From a candidate division FCPU426 bacterium (GTDB lineage Bacteria > Oederibacteriota > Muellerivitia > Muellerivitales > Muellerivitaceae), in the NCBI GenBank assembly GCA_963830915.1, contig CAWHOE010000052.1, forward strand, positions 1 through 58,279: 58,279 nucleotides of DNA, in the 5' to 3' direction. The notes beneath the pieces were generated by a model, which saw only the letters and a list, made by a program, of their open reading frames with translations, made no database searches and had not been told where the DNA came from. The position numbers and the translations under genes are program-made. Positions 20,449 through 29,378 of the stretch are shown piece by piece. The stretch's first letter is position 1. The number at the start of each line of letters is the position of its first letter.

Positions 20449-21465
20449 ATGGCGAAGTTAAATAAAACGTCAAAAGCGAAAAAAGCACCCAAAGGGAAAG
20501 TCAGGAAAAGCCTTGGAAAGGGGACAAAGGCTTTTTTGATCTTCATTGGAATGACCATCGCGACATTATTTATTTACGGAGCCATTCAAATCCTTAATAA
20601 ACAATTGATCTTAGCGAAAACACAGGATGTGGGTTTGGATTTGGAAATCGATGGAACGGGAACGCCTTCGGGACCCTTTAAAGAACCATGGGGAGTTGCC
20701 ACCGATGCTGATGGCAATTTTTATGTTACTGAATTTAGCGGGCATCGTTTCCGCAAATTCAATCCTTCAGGGTCGGAAGTTCTTTCTGTTGGAAGTTTGG
20801 GAAAAGAAGAGGGCCAATTCAATCAACCTAGTGGGATATACGTTGATCCTCAAGGCGTCATCTACGTATCTGATACTTTCAACTATCGAATCCAGAAGTT
20901 CAGCGCCGATGGTCAATTCATCAAACAATGGAACCATAGTTTCAATGGGGCCAAGGGAATCGGTGGATTTGGGAATCGCATATATGTGGTGGATACGGGC
21001 AATCACAAGGTTCAAGTATTCGATACGGAAGGGAATTTCCTGAAAGAATGGGGTGGCTTTGGAACATCCGATGGAAAATTCCGGGAACCAGAGGGTTGTA
21101 CCATCGATCCCAACGGTTTTATTTACGTGGCAGATTCGGATAATCTGCGCATACAAAAATACGATCTCGAAGGAAAATTGAAGGACGTTTTTAGAGTATC
21201 CACTTGGAGAGGGAAGAACGATGAAATGCCCTATTTGGCGATCGCTCAAGGGGCGATATTTACCACCAATGCCAGTCAAAAATGGGTCCTTAAATATTCA
21301 GCTACTGGAAGTGTTTTAGGCATATACAAAAAGCCTGGCAAGGACATGGGCTTTGATGGGGCGGCGGGTTTAGCAATCGACAACCAGGGACGCGCCATTG
21401 TTGTTGAAAGAGGTACGGGGAAAGTAGCGCGTTTCCCAATTCCCCCATCGACTTCCAACCGTTAA
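20449..21465 (+). CDS. Membrane-anchored NHL-repeat protein
   Basis: Basic N-tail plus TM helix; FNQPSGIYVD...SDTFNYRIQKF repeats; AGGAG RBS before ATG 20449. Confidence 0.9.
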   Translation: MAKLNKTSKAKKAPKGKVRKSLGKGTKAFLIFIGMTIATLFIYGAIQILNKQLILAKTQDVGLDLEIDGTGTPSGPFKEPWGVATDADGNFYVTEFSGHRFRKFNPSGSEVLSVGSLGKEEGQFNQPSGIYVDPQGVIYVSDTFNYRIQKFSADGQFIKQWNHSFNGAKGIGGFGNRIYVVDTGNHKVQVFDTEGNFLKEWGGFGTSDGKFREPEGCTIDPNGFIYVADSDNLRIQKYDLEGKLKDVFRVSTWRGKNDEMPYLAIAQGAIFTTNASQKWVLKYSATGSVLGIYKKPGKDMGFDGAAGLAIDNQGRAIVVERGTGKVARFPIPPSTSNR

Positions 21466-21485
21466 GTAATTAAAACCAGGATATC

Positions 21486-22214
21486 ATGAATTTCAAAAGG
21501 CCGAAGACGCTTATAGTCGTTCCCACCTATAACGAGAATGGCAATATCGAATCGATTTATCGAAAAATATTCCTGGCCACTTCTTCTTGCGACCTCCTGG
21601 TCGTGGATGACAATTCCCCTGATGGAACTGGAGAGATCGCTGAAAAGATCGCGAAAAAAGATCGGCGTGTAAAAGTGGCTCACCGCAAAGGTAAACAAGG
21701 TCTTGGGACAGCGTATATCCACGGTATGAAAAAAGCCCTGGAATGGGGTTATCAGAATGTCATCGCTATGGATGCGGACCTTTCCCATGATCCTGAAAAT
21801 ATTCCTAAGATGTTGGAGTTGATCAAAAGCAATGATCTCATCATTGGATCTCGGTATGTGAAGGATGGGGGTATGGTTAACTGGAACGCCAGGCGTTTTT
21901 TGATTAGCCAACTAGCTAATTTTTATTGCCGTTTGTTTTTAGGGCTAAAACAAGCCGATTGTTCAGGCGGGTACAAGTGTTATCGTGGCGATTTGCTTCG
22001 AAAAATAAATCTGGATAATATCTTTTCTACAGGTTATTCCTTCCAAGTGGAAATCCTTTACAGAGCGATCCGGGCAGGGGCAAAGGTCATTGAAATCCCC
22101 ATCGTTTTTGTGAACCGCCACGAGGGAGAAAGCAAACTTAATTTCAATGAACTATATCAGTTCGGTTGGACCGTTTTAAAATTACGTCTTTTGACTTGGA
22201 TCGGCAAAATTTAA
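21486..22214 (+). CDS. Polyprenol-monophosphomannose synthase (DPM1/Ppm1-like GT2)
   Basis: VPTYNE, VVDDNSPDGT, GLGTAY, MDADLSHDP, GSRYV, GYSFQVE, F.NR..GESK. Confidence 0.9.
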   Translation: MNFKRPKTLIVVPTYNENGNIESIYRKIFLATSSCDLLVVDDNSPDGTGEIAEKIAKKDRRVKVAHRKGKQGLGTAYIHGMKKALEWGYQNVIAMDADLSHDPENIPKMLELIKSNDLIIGSRYVKDGGMVNWNARRFLISQLANFYCRLFLGLKQADCSGGYKCYRGDLLRKINLDNIFSTGYSFQVEILYRAIRAGAKVIEIPIVFVNRHEGESKLNFNELYQFGWTVLKLRLLTWIGKI

Positions 22215-22364
22215 ACGGTTGAAAAACAAGAAGTAATTCCTCGATTTATTTCGTGAATCTAAAGATGGGCGATGTCCAGTCACCAACCAAATTAACATCC
22301 TATTTACACCCCGAATCGTCAAATCACACGAAAATATAAAAAATTAAAGGAGAAACGACCCACA

Positions 22365-22592
22365 ATGACTAAACCTTTTAATCAATCAACTATTGTTCGT
22401 GAAAAGGTAACTTTGCCTATTTTTGAGTATATTTATCTGGAGACAGTTAGCGAATTTCCAGATATGGTTTGTACCGAACATGGGGAAGCCCCGGCGATTA
22501 CCTGTGATACAGCTGAAAAAATCGACAAGGTTTCATTTTGTTGCAATGGTTTTAAACAAGAATGTATGAAAGAGTATAAAAAAGCGAACTGA
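22365..22592 (+). CDS. Small Cys/His-containing hypothetical protein
   Basis: AAGGAG RBS; CTEHG...C...FCC..F pattern; followed by a terminator. Confidence 0.55.
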   Translation: MTKPFNQSTIVREKVTLPIFEYIYLETVSEFPDMVCTEHGEAPAITCDTAEKIDKVSFCCNGFKQECMKEYKKAN

Positions 22593-22657
22593 TTAGGGTA
22601 GATAATATTGTTATCGGCCCAAGTTTTTTTGGGTCGTTTTTTCATTTCATATGAAAT

Positions 22658-22695
22658 AAAAAAGGGCAGCTCCTTTACGGGGCCGCCCTTTTTTT
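22658..22695. terminator. Bidirectional terminator between convergent genes
   Basis: AAAAAAGGGCAGCTCC-TTTAC-GGGGCCGCCCTTTTTTT. Confidence 0.8.
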
Positions 22696-22702
22696 AAACG
22701 GA

Positions 22703-25117
22703 TTATTTCGATTTTTGACGTTTGATCGGCATTGCGATTGGTGTAGGAACAGGCGTCACATCTGGTTTAGGATAATCAGCAGGGACATCTCCCCTGGCGA
22801 ATTCAGTATAGCCATATTTTTGGGCCAAATCAGAACGAACCCATAGCCGCATATTGTAACTTCCTAAATCTGACCAAACCCTTCGATAGAGCACCCAGTT
22901 CTTCAAATCATTCCAGTCAACCATGTCTGGCCTAGCAGTTTTTAAGGGAATGAAATTACTGAAAAGCCAGTCGAAGAAAAGGCCCGAATTCATATCACTG
23001 CTGGGAAAGCCTTTCTTAAACCAAGAAGGAACCCACCAAATTCGAAGTTTATATTTTCGGTTGATATAACCGGCTTTTGACAAAATCGGGTAAGCCTGAG
23101 CGTCCGATTCGGTGGCAGTCATGATGATCGGATTGTCGGCGGCGGTTATGCTGGCGGGATGATTCCGTCTGGTGAAATCTCTAAGCATCCAGGCGAAAGG
23201 CCAAGAGCATTTATCCTCTATCGTGAGGGCCATCCCGTCGTGCATGGCTTTTTCGGCATCGGTTGTTCCGTCCGGCGCGGTCATGTCTGGACCGCCGGTT
23301 TCACCATAGGAAATCTGGCGTACGATCCTATCCACTTCCTTGCAATCAGGCCCGGATTGGACATAAACCAGGGGCTCAACCGGATTAGATTCATGATAAA
23401 AACTTAAAAGTACGGCAGAATGCAGCGAATAAGTCATTAGTAAGCCAAAGATGACAAGGGCAGCTACACGGGCAGATTTCCAGACTTGTTCCGCAGGTTT
23501 CGAATCCCAAATCTCACCCACGAAGAAAGCCGTTAACAGCAAAGCAGGAAGCAATGGGTGAAGGATTAGCCAGGGCATCTTTTCCCCAGCCCAGGAAAAC
23601 AAAACCATCGATCCTATATACCAATAGGCTAAGAATATGGGCATGTTCTTGTTCTTGAATATGGAGTAATAGATCATTGCGACGATCGAGAACAAGAATG
23701 ACACTAATTCATTGGCTGGGAGTTGAAGCAGGTAATAGTACCAGGGTTGATCCCCCCGGTGGACGTCATGCTGTCCCCACCAATATTCCAATCCGCCAAA
23801 GGCTCCGTTGTATAAGGCATTGATCAATTTGTGGACCCTAGAAAGGAAGTCGGGTTGGGACGCTCCGACCGTGAAGAAGGTCGTGAATAACAAAGTGAAG
23901 ATTACGCTCATGATGGTTATGGATCCGGTCAATGCAGGAGAGACGTTTTTTAACCACAACCAGCAGAACCTACCCACAATTGCGAAATAAGCTATGAGGA
24001 GTATGACGGAAAAGAAGGTTGGTTCGCTAAGGTGAAGGTAGGGCATCCGAAGAGCTATCAAGCAGAGAGCCCACCATCCAATGAAAAGAAGGATATCTAC
24101 CTGAACTCGCTCAATCCCCAAACCTGCTACGATTTCCCAAAGTTTGTTTTCCGGGCCTGATTTTTGATTGAATCTCCAACGTCCGTAAAGCTGATACATG
24201 GTGTATAGGAAAGCGCATCCGGCCAGAAGAAGCAAGGCTGGCAGGTGGGCAGGGGAAGATTTAGGAATGATCAATTGACTTAAAACCCCAGTAGCAGTCA
24301 AACCGCCAGCGATCAAAACGTCTGCCCAAGGCAATAAGCGCATAAAAAGGTAGGTCCCAACAACAGCGATTGTGAGAAACATGGATTCTTTAGTGCAAAA
24401 GGCAATGATGAAGCCGAAGGAGGCGATCCAAAGGTCGGTTGGTTTACGGAACCGGTGATATCTAAAAAGAAAAACGACCATAGCGAAGGTTGCTCCGCAA
24501 ATATATGCGTCCTCCCGGGTGAATCGGTCAAAGTACATAAAACTGGGGGAAAATACTATCATAGCGGTGGCTAAAAAAGCGCCGGTTCGGCCAATAAAAG
24601 GTGTTAAGAAAATTGCCAGAATGACTGTGATCAAACCGAATGTGGCGGCTAGATAACGAGATGTGGCGTCCGAGCAACCAAAGAGGTAGTACATAAATGC
24701 ATTGCCATGGAATTGGAAAGGGCCATGCATCATAGGGTTATATTCATAATCCCCATCTTTATACAACTGCCAGGAATAAAAGGCATGCATACTCTCGTCG
24801 TGATGGTGCGGTTTGAAACCGAGGTGGTCAAAACGAGTGAAGACAGTAATCAGCAAAAGAATAGCGTAAGCAACCTGTATCCAAGAAATGGAAAATCCCG
24901 AGGAAGGAGCAGTGCTGATGACTACGTTTTTTTCCTTTAGTTCTGTTTCCGCGGGTATGTTTTTATTGTTTTTTGTTGAAGGATTAGGTTTCTGATTTTT
25001 TTCTGGAATCGATGGGATAGTGCCTCCGGCAGTAAGTTTTGTTCCGCATTGTTCGCAAAAATTGTTATTGGATGGGTTTTTTGATCCGCATTTGTTGCAG
25101 GTTTTAGTATCGGACAT
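22703..25117 (-). CDS. TIGR03663 / Agl23-like GT-C membrane protein with N-terminal zinc ribbon
   Basis: PHHHDESMHA, YNPMMHGPFQF, RFTRED, TKES, RGDQPWYYY, AGEKMPWL, EPLVYVQS, WPFAWMLR; N-terminal CNKC...CEQC; AAGGAG RBS. Confidence 0.88.
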   Translation of the reverse strand: MSDTKTCNKCGSKNPSNNNFCEQCGTKLTAGGTIPSIPEKNQKPNPSTKNNKNIPAETELKEKNVVISTAPSSGFSISWIQVAYAILLLITVFTRFDHLGFKPHHHDESMHAFYSWQLYKDGDYEYNPMMHGPFQFHGNAFMYYLFGCSDATSRYLAATFGLITVILAIFLTPFIGRTGAFLATAMIVFSPSFMYFDRFTREDAYICGATFAMVVFLFRYHRFRKPTDLWIASFGFIIAFCTKESMFLTIAVVGTYLFMRLLPWADVLIAGGLTATGVLSQLIIPKSSPAHLPALLLLAGCAFLYTMYQLYGRWRFNQKSGPENKLWEIVAGLGIERVQVDILLFIGWWALCLIALRMPYLHLSEPTFFSVILLIAYFAIVGRFCWLWLKNVSPALTGSITIMSVIFTLLFTTFFTVGASQPDFLSRVHKLINALYNGAFGGLEYWWGQHDVHRGDQPWYYYLLQLPANELVSFLFSIVAMIYYSIFKNKNMPIFLAYWYIGSMVLFSWAGEKMPWLILHPLLPALLLTAFFVGEIWDSKPAEQVWKSARVAALVIFGLLMTYSLHSAVLLSFYHESNPVEPLVYVQSGPDCKEVDRIVRQISYGETGGPDMTAPDGTTDAEKAMHDGMALTIEDKCSWPFAWMLRDFTRRNHPASITAADNPIIMTATESDAQAYPILSKAGYINRKYKLRIWWVPSWFKKGFPSSDMNSGLFFDWLFSNFIPLKTARPDMVDWNDLKNWVLYRRVWSDLGSYNMRLWVRSDLAQKYGYTEFARGDVPADYPKPDVTPVPTPIAMPIKRQKSK

Positions 25118-25557
25118 TCAAAACTCCTTATGGCTTTTAGGGCAAGAATTAATAAAATCGCCTTTAAAATAGCAAAAAAACTGTGGCTAACTATACCTAG
25201 CCATTTAAGCTTTTGTCAACAAATCGACCACCCTAAAGGGAAGTCGCATAGGGATTTTTTTGTCAAAATTTCCTAATAGATTAAAGGGTTTGCTCTTTCC
25301 ATGGAGTCTTTTCGGCTGGTCAGTCGAAATAAACGGCCATACCGAGCATTGTTAAAAACAATGACATGGAATTTTATAAAATGAATTTGTTTCATCTTTG
25401 GGAATGAAACGCAAAATGGGAAAAAGGTTTATCGTAAAAGTGGTCATGCTCTTTAGTTTTATGGTTGCTGCCAATGAAGTTGCATTTTGTTATTTGGGTT
25501 GATAAACTTTTAACCAGCGACGCCCCAATATTTTTTTGAAGTGAGAGGAGAAAAGTT

Positions 25558-26538
25558 TTGATTTCAAAACGATTTTATACTGCTTTGTCTTTAGGTTTCA
25601 TGGTGTTTTTTTCGGTGCCATATTTTCTCCACGCCGATTCATCAAATTACACCGCTGAAGTTTTAACGAAGGGTGCGGGGGCGCGTCCTTTGGCTATGGG
25701 TGGAGCTTTTGCCGGCGCCGCGAATGACGCAACCGCGGCCTATTGGAATCCGGCCGGGTTGGCGATGATCGACGATGTCGAGATCACGACAATGCATGCG
25801 GCCCAACAAGACCTGCAAAGTTACGATTTTGTGAACGTCGCGTTTAATACACAATCTGCAGGTTCCTATGCTTTGAGTTATCTTCGATTAGGCGTGGATA
25901 ACATTTCTATTACTAACGCAAGCAGCCCCACAGTGCTTGGGACTACATCTTATTCCGATCAGGCTGGGTTCATTTCCGGAGGATGGAAATTAGATAATAT
26001 GTTCGCTCTGGGCGGCACCATTAAGTTGCTGAAGACCGACACCTATGGCGCTTCAGCTTTTGGTTTTGGATCGGATCTTGGCCTTCTCTTCAAACCAGCC
26101 AAAGAATTTTCAATAGGGATAATTGGAAGGGATATAACAGGTGGTTCTTATGTGACTTGGCAAAATACTCCATCCAATCCAACTCAAGTATTGCAACCTT
26201 CTTTGACTGTGGGGTTGTCCTATACCCAGGAGTTGGGGAAGAGGTTGATGACCAATAAGACCCCGGTTCCCATCAGCACTTTATCAGTAAATTTTGACGC
26301 GGATACCCTGTATGCCGGGGAAGCGTTGAACAATTATCATTTCGGTGTGGAATATTGGTATCGTCAATTCGTAGCGATAAGGGGAGGTTTTGAGACCAAG
26401 GGTTTCCAATTTGATAATGATTCTTTTACGCCATCGGTCGGGGTAGGGGTTTGGGCTTATTTGTTCGAGATCGATTACGCATTTGTCAGCAATTCCATCG
26501 GCGGGATCCACTATATTTCTTTGATCACCCGTCTTTAG
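25558..26538 (+). CDS. PorV/PorQ (UPF0164)-family outer-membrane beta-barrel protein
   Basis: Signal peptide; GARPLAMGGAF...ANDATAAYWNPAGL; alternating beta-strands; IDYAF near the C-terminus; TTG start after GAGGAG. Confidence 0.85.
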   Translation: MISKRFYTALSLGFMVFFSVPYFLHADSSNYTAEVLTKGAGARPLAMGGAFAGAANDATAAYWNPAGLAMIDDVEITTMHAAQQDLQSYDFVNVAFNTQSAGSYALSYLRLGVDNISITNASSPTVLGTTSYSDQAGFISGGWKLDNMFALGGTIKLLKTDTYGASAFGFGSDLGLLFKPAKEFSIGIIGRDITGGSYVTWQNTPSNPTQVLQPSLTVGLSYTQELGKRLMTNKTPVPISTLSVNFDADTLYAGEALNNYHFGVEYWYRQFVAIRGGFETKGFQFDNDSFTPSVGVGVWAYLFEIDYAFVSNSIGGIHYISLITRL

Positions 26539-26555
26539 TCGTTTGCCGGAAAGCG

Positions 26556-26594
26556 AAAGAGGGGATTTTTAACAAAAAAGTCCCCTCTTTTTTT
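26556..26594 (+). terminator. Rho-independent terminator
   Basis: AAAGAGGGGATTTTT-AACA-AAAAAGTCCCCTCTTT plus T-run. Confidence 0.7.
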
Positions 26595-26660
26595 GTTTTT
26601 TGATTATCATAATGTTCCTAACGTTGAAAGCTTTTACTTTACTTCCTTCTTGAGGTATCC

Positions 26661-28382
26661 ATGAGATTTCAACCTTCCTTGCGTCTCCTTTCGTTAGTAA
26701 TGGGGTTGATCTTTTTTCCGACCTTATCCTTCGCGACATATGGTTTAGCACCCTCTACTGGTGTTGATCTTCCGTACTCAGTCCAAACCAAGAATGTCAT
26801 TAAACGCCTCTTTAATAACCGTACCGTAATTGGTGGTCAAGTCATTGCCTTGCGGGACACCCCGGGTAAAAATTACAGTGGAAATTATATCGATATTGGA
26901 GAATTGACCGGGGTGAGAATGGGTGATGTGTTTGCGCTATTTACACCTCATGGTGATCCGGTTGGTTTTATAAAGATTTCAGAAGTCCAGCGATATACTT
27001 CTTCATTTGAATTTATTGAATTGACCATCGATCCTTCTGATAACCTTATTGTGAAAAAAGTTACTGAGGAAGTTCGGGACCGATTACCTTCCAAACTTTT
27101 CTTCGCGCCGGATATGAAACATTTCAGGCATGGTTCTATGCTTGCGTCTAACAAGAAACCTCCCGCGCCTATGGTTTCGGCTACTTCGCCAACTCAAACA
27201 AGCAATGCTAATTCACCGGCTTTGCCTCCTTTACCGGGTTCATCCACTACGGCATCTGCTAGTCCAATGCCACCATTACCAGGGACAAGTACTACCGAAT
27301 CTGCGAATTCTTTGCCGCCTTTGCCTGGAAACGGAACGGTTGCGTCTGCAGGAGGATTACCTCCTTTGCCTGAGAATGGGACAACGTCACCTGCTGGTTC
27401 TGCTCCCGCTGGCTTGCCTGCGCTTCCTACAGAGAATAATGGTGCTCAACCTTCTGTGGCAGCGCCTGCCGATACAAGTGGAGGACTTCCACCACTTCCT
27501 GCGGAGAACACTTCTTCTGTGAATACTTCCGCTCCGACTGGTTTACCACCATTACCTACTGATAATGGAGCTTCCAATGCACCTTTGACTGGCACACCGG
27601 ATTCAGGGAGTTCCGCTCCTGGTGGGGGATTACCTCCTTTACCCTCTGATAATTCCAGTAATGCCATTCCCTCGCCTGGTGCATCCTCGCCATCCTTACC
27701 CGCCCTTCCGGGTGAATCAATTCCAGCCCCTTCAGCTGGAGTGCCAGGAACAGATAATTCGCTACCTGCTTTGCCTGGCGCTGATAACAATACACCCCCG
27801 GCTGGGTTACCAGCGCTTCCTGGTGACACTAGCGCTTCCCCTGCTGTTCAACCACTCCCCGGTGCGGACAATAATCCTCCAGCCGGTTTGCCTGCTTTAC
27901 CAGGGGATAACAGTAATCCTTCCGCTGTTCCCGCGCTACCTGGTATGGACAATAACGCGCCTGCGGGATTGCCAGGCCTTCCCGGTGATAATAGTGGTAT
28001 GCCATCTGCCGCCCCGGCGCTTCCTGGTGCGGACAATAATCCTCCGGCTGGTCTTCCTGCTCTCCCGCAGTCTCAATTGCCTGGTGCTCCAGTAGATAAC
28101 TTGGCTAATGCCAATGGACTTCCATCATCTGGGATGGAGCTTGCGCCGCTTCCTGGGATGGATAATTCCATGGCAGCTTTACCACAAGACAATAATTCAG
28201 CTTTACCTCCGCCTATCATGAACAATAATTCCTCGATGCTTCCTTCTGACATTCCGCTTCCCCAAACGGCGGCAGCATCCCCGCTAGCACCGCCAATTCC
28301 CACGGATAATGGCGCTAATTCTTTGCCGCCTGATCTTTCGACAGGCCGCCCTTCCGCCTTCCATGCCGCCTTCGATGGATAA
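26661..28382 (+). CDS. Secreted Pro-rich protein, N-terminal part (signal peptide + FlgT-C-like beta domain + GLPxLP repeats); frameshifted into the next ORF
   Basis: Signal peptide MRFQ...SFA; YIDIGELTGVRMGDVF...VGFIKISEV motif; many GLPPLP/GLPALP units. The Pro-rich pattern moves to the +1 frame at ~28340. Confidence 0.75.
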   Translation: MRFQPSLRLLSLVMGLIFFPTLSFATYGLAPSTGVDLPYSVQTKNVIKRLFNNRTVIGGQVIALRDTPGKNYSGNYIDIGELTGVRMGDVFALFTPHGDPVGFIKISEVQRYTSSFEFIELTIDPSDNLIVKKVTEEVRDRLPSKLFFAPDMKHFRHGSMLASNKKPPAPMVSATSPTQTSNANSPALPPLPGSSTTASASPMPPLPGTSTTESANSLPPLPGNGTVASAGGLPPLPENGTTSPAGSAPAGLPALPTENNGAQPSVAAPADTSGGLPPLPAENTSSVNTSAPTGLPPLPTDNGASNAPLTGTPDSGSSAPGGGLPPLPSDNSSNAIPSPGASSPSLPALPGESIPAPSAGVPGTDNSLPALPGADNNTPPAGLPALPGDTSASPAVQPLPGADNNPPAGLPALPGDNSNPSAVPALPGMDNNAPAGLPGLPGDNSGMPSAAPALPGADNNPPAGLPALPQSQLPGAPVDNLANANGLPSSGMELAPLPGMDNSMAALPQDNNSALPPPIMNNNSSMLPSDIPLPQTAAASPLAPPIPTDNGANSLPPDLSTGRPSAFHAAFDG

Positions 28383-29238
28383 TGGTGCGATGGTTCTTCC
28401 TCCCGATAATTCAATGGCTGGATTGCCCCCTGCTTCACCGGTCCCAATGGACAATGGCGGTTTATCCTTACCGCCTGATAACAGCATGGCCGGTTTGCCA
28501 TCTACTTCTCCTGCGCCAATCGACAATGGCGGACTAGCTCTTCCTCCCGACAATACTGTTACCGCTTTGCCACAAGCAGCACCCATGCCGATGGATAGTG
28601 GTTTACCTGGAATGCCTTCTGATACAACAATGGCTGGATTACCTCCCGCATCACCCGTTCCCATGGATAACGGCGGTCTCGCATTACCGCCGGATAACAC
28701 CGTAGCTGGTTTGCCGACGGCCGCGCCTCTTCCGATGGATAATGGTGGTTTAGCTCTTCCTCCGGAGAATACGATGGCGTCGTTGCCGCCGGCAGCCCCA
28801 ATGCCAGTCGATAATGGTTTGCCAGGCATGCCAGGTGATTCTTCTGTTGCTGGATTGCCGTCTATGGCTCCTTCATCGGTGGATACCGGGTTGCCCGGGA
28901 TGCTGGATAACACTATGGCGGCCATGCCCCCTCCGATGGCTCCATCGGATCTTCCCCCTGGCATGATCGCTCCACCAAATGTTGATTTCTCTTCGGCCGC
29001 TGTTCCTAATTATTCCATGCCTCCAGCCATGACCGCCGCGGCCCCTCCTGCCCAGGGAGTTCCGGGAGTGGATGATTGGGCGGTTCCTTCGATTGTAAAT
29101 AACACGGGAGTAGTCGGTACTTCTCCCGCGAATTTGGATAATTTCAACCTGGGCTTACCAGCTGTTCCGGCTAGTGTGAACGGGGGATACTTGCAGGATA
29201 TACCCACACTTTCGCGCCCAGCCAAACCAGCCGCTTAA
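28309..29238 (+). CDS. Pro-rich repeat protein, C-terminal part (24-aa tandem repeats)
   Basis: Same composition and DN/GLP motifs as the upstream ORF. The first 11 codons (MALILCRLIFR) look out of frame. Confidence 0.7.
   Translation: MALILCRLIFRQAALPPSMPPSMDNGAMVLPPDNSMAGLPPASPVPMDNGGLSLPPDNSMAGLPSTSPAPIDNGGLALPPDNTVTALPQAAPMPMDSGLPGMPSDTTMAGLPPASPVPMDNGGLALPPDNTVAGLPTAAPLPMDNGGLALPPENTMASLPPAAPMPVDNGLPGMPGDSSVAGLPSMAPSSVDTGLPGMLDNTMAAMPPPMAPSDLPPGMIAPPNVDFSSAAVPNYSMPPAMTAAAPPAQGVPGVDDWAVPSIVNNTGVVGTSPANLDNFNLGLPAVPASVNGGYLQDIPTLSRPAKPAA
28396..28899 (+). repeat. Seven degenerate 72-bp (24-aa) tandem coding repeats
   Basis: Unit consensus LPPDNxMAGLPxAxPxPMDNGGLx; units start at 28396, 28468, and so on. 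Confidence 0.85.
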
Positions 29239-29274
29239 ACCCTTCCTCTGACGATCTTTCCGCTCCTATCTAAC

Positions 29275-29307
29275 AGGGCATTTCATTAGGTTATAATGAA
29301 ATGCCCT
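29275..29307. promoter_or_regulatory. Perfect 14-bp inverted repeat overlapping a TATAAT box upstream of lptF/G
   Basis: AGGGCATTTCATTA-GGTTA-TAATGAAATGCCCT. No U-tract, so operator versus terminator is unresolved. Confidence 0.5.
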
Positions 29308-29378
29308 TCGTGTAAGATTGGCGGGAACACATTCCAAAGACTCCGAGAACGATGTTTTGAGCTTGTAAAGGATTTTTA

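Noticed and set aside
27130..29225. Alternative-frame and antisense ORFs in the Pro-rich gene; possible CRISPR-like array
   Set aside because: The repeats are in-frame coding units degenerate at third positions with no spacer structure; the extra ORFs are by-products of low complexity.
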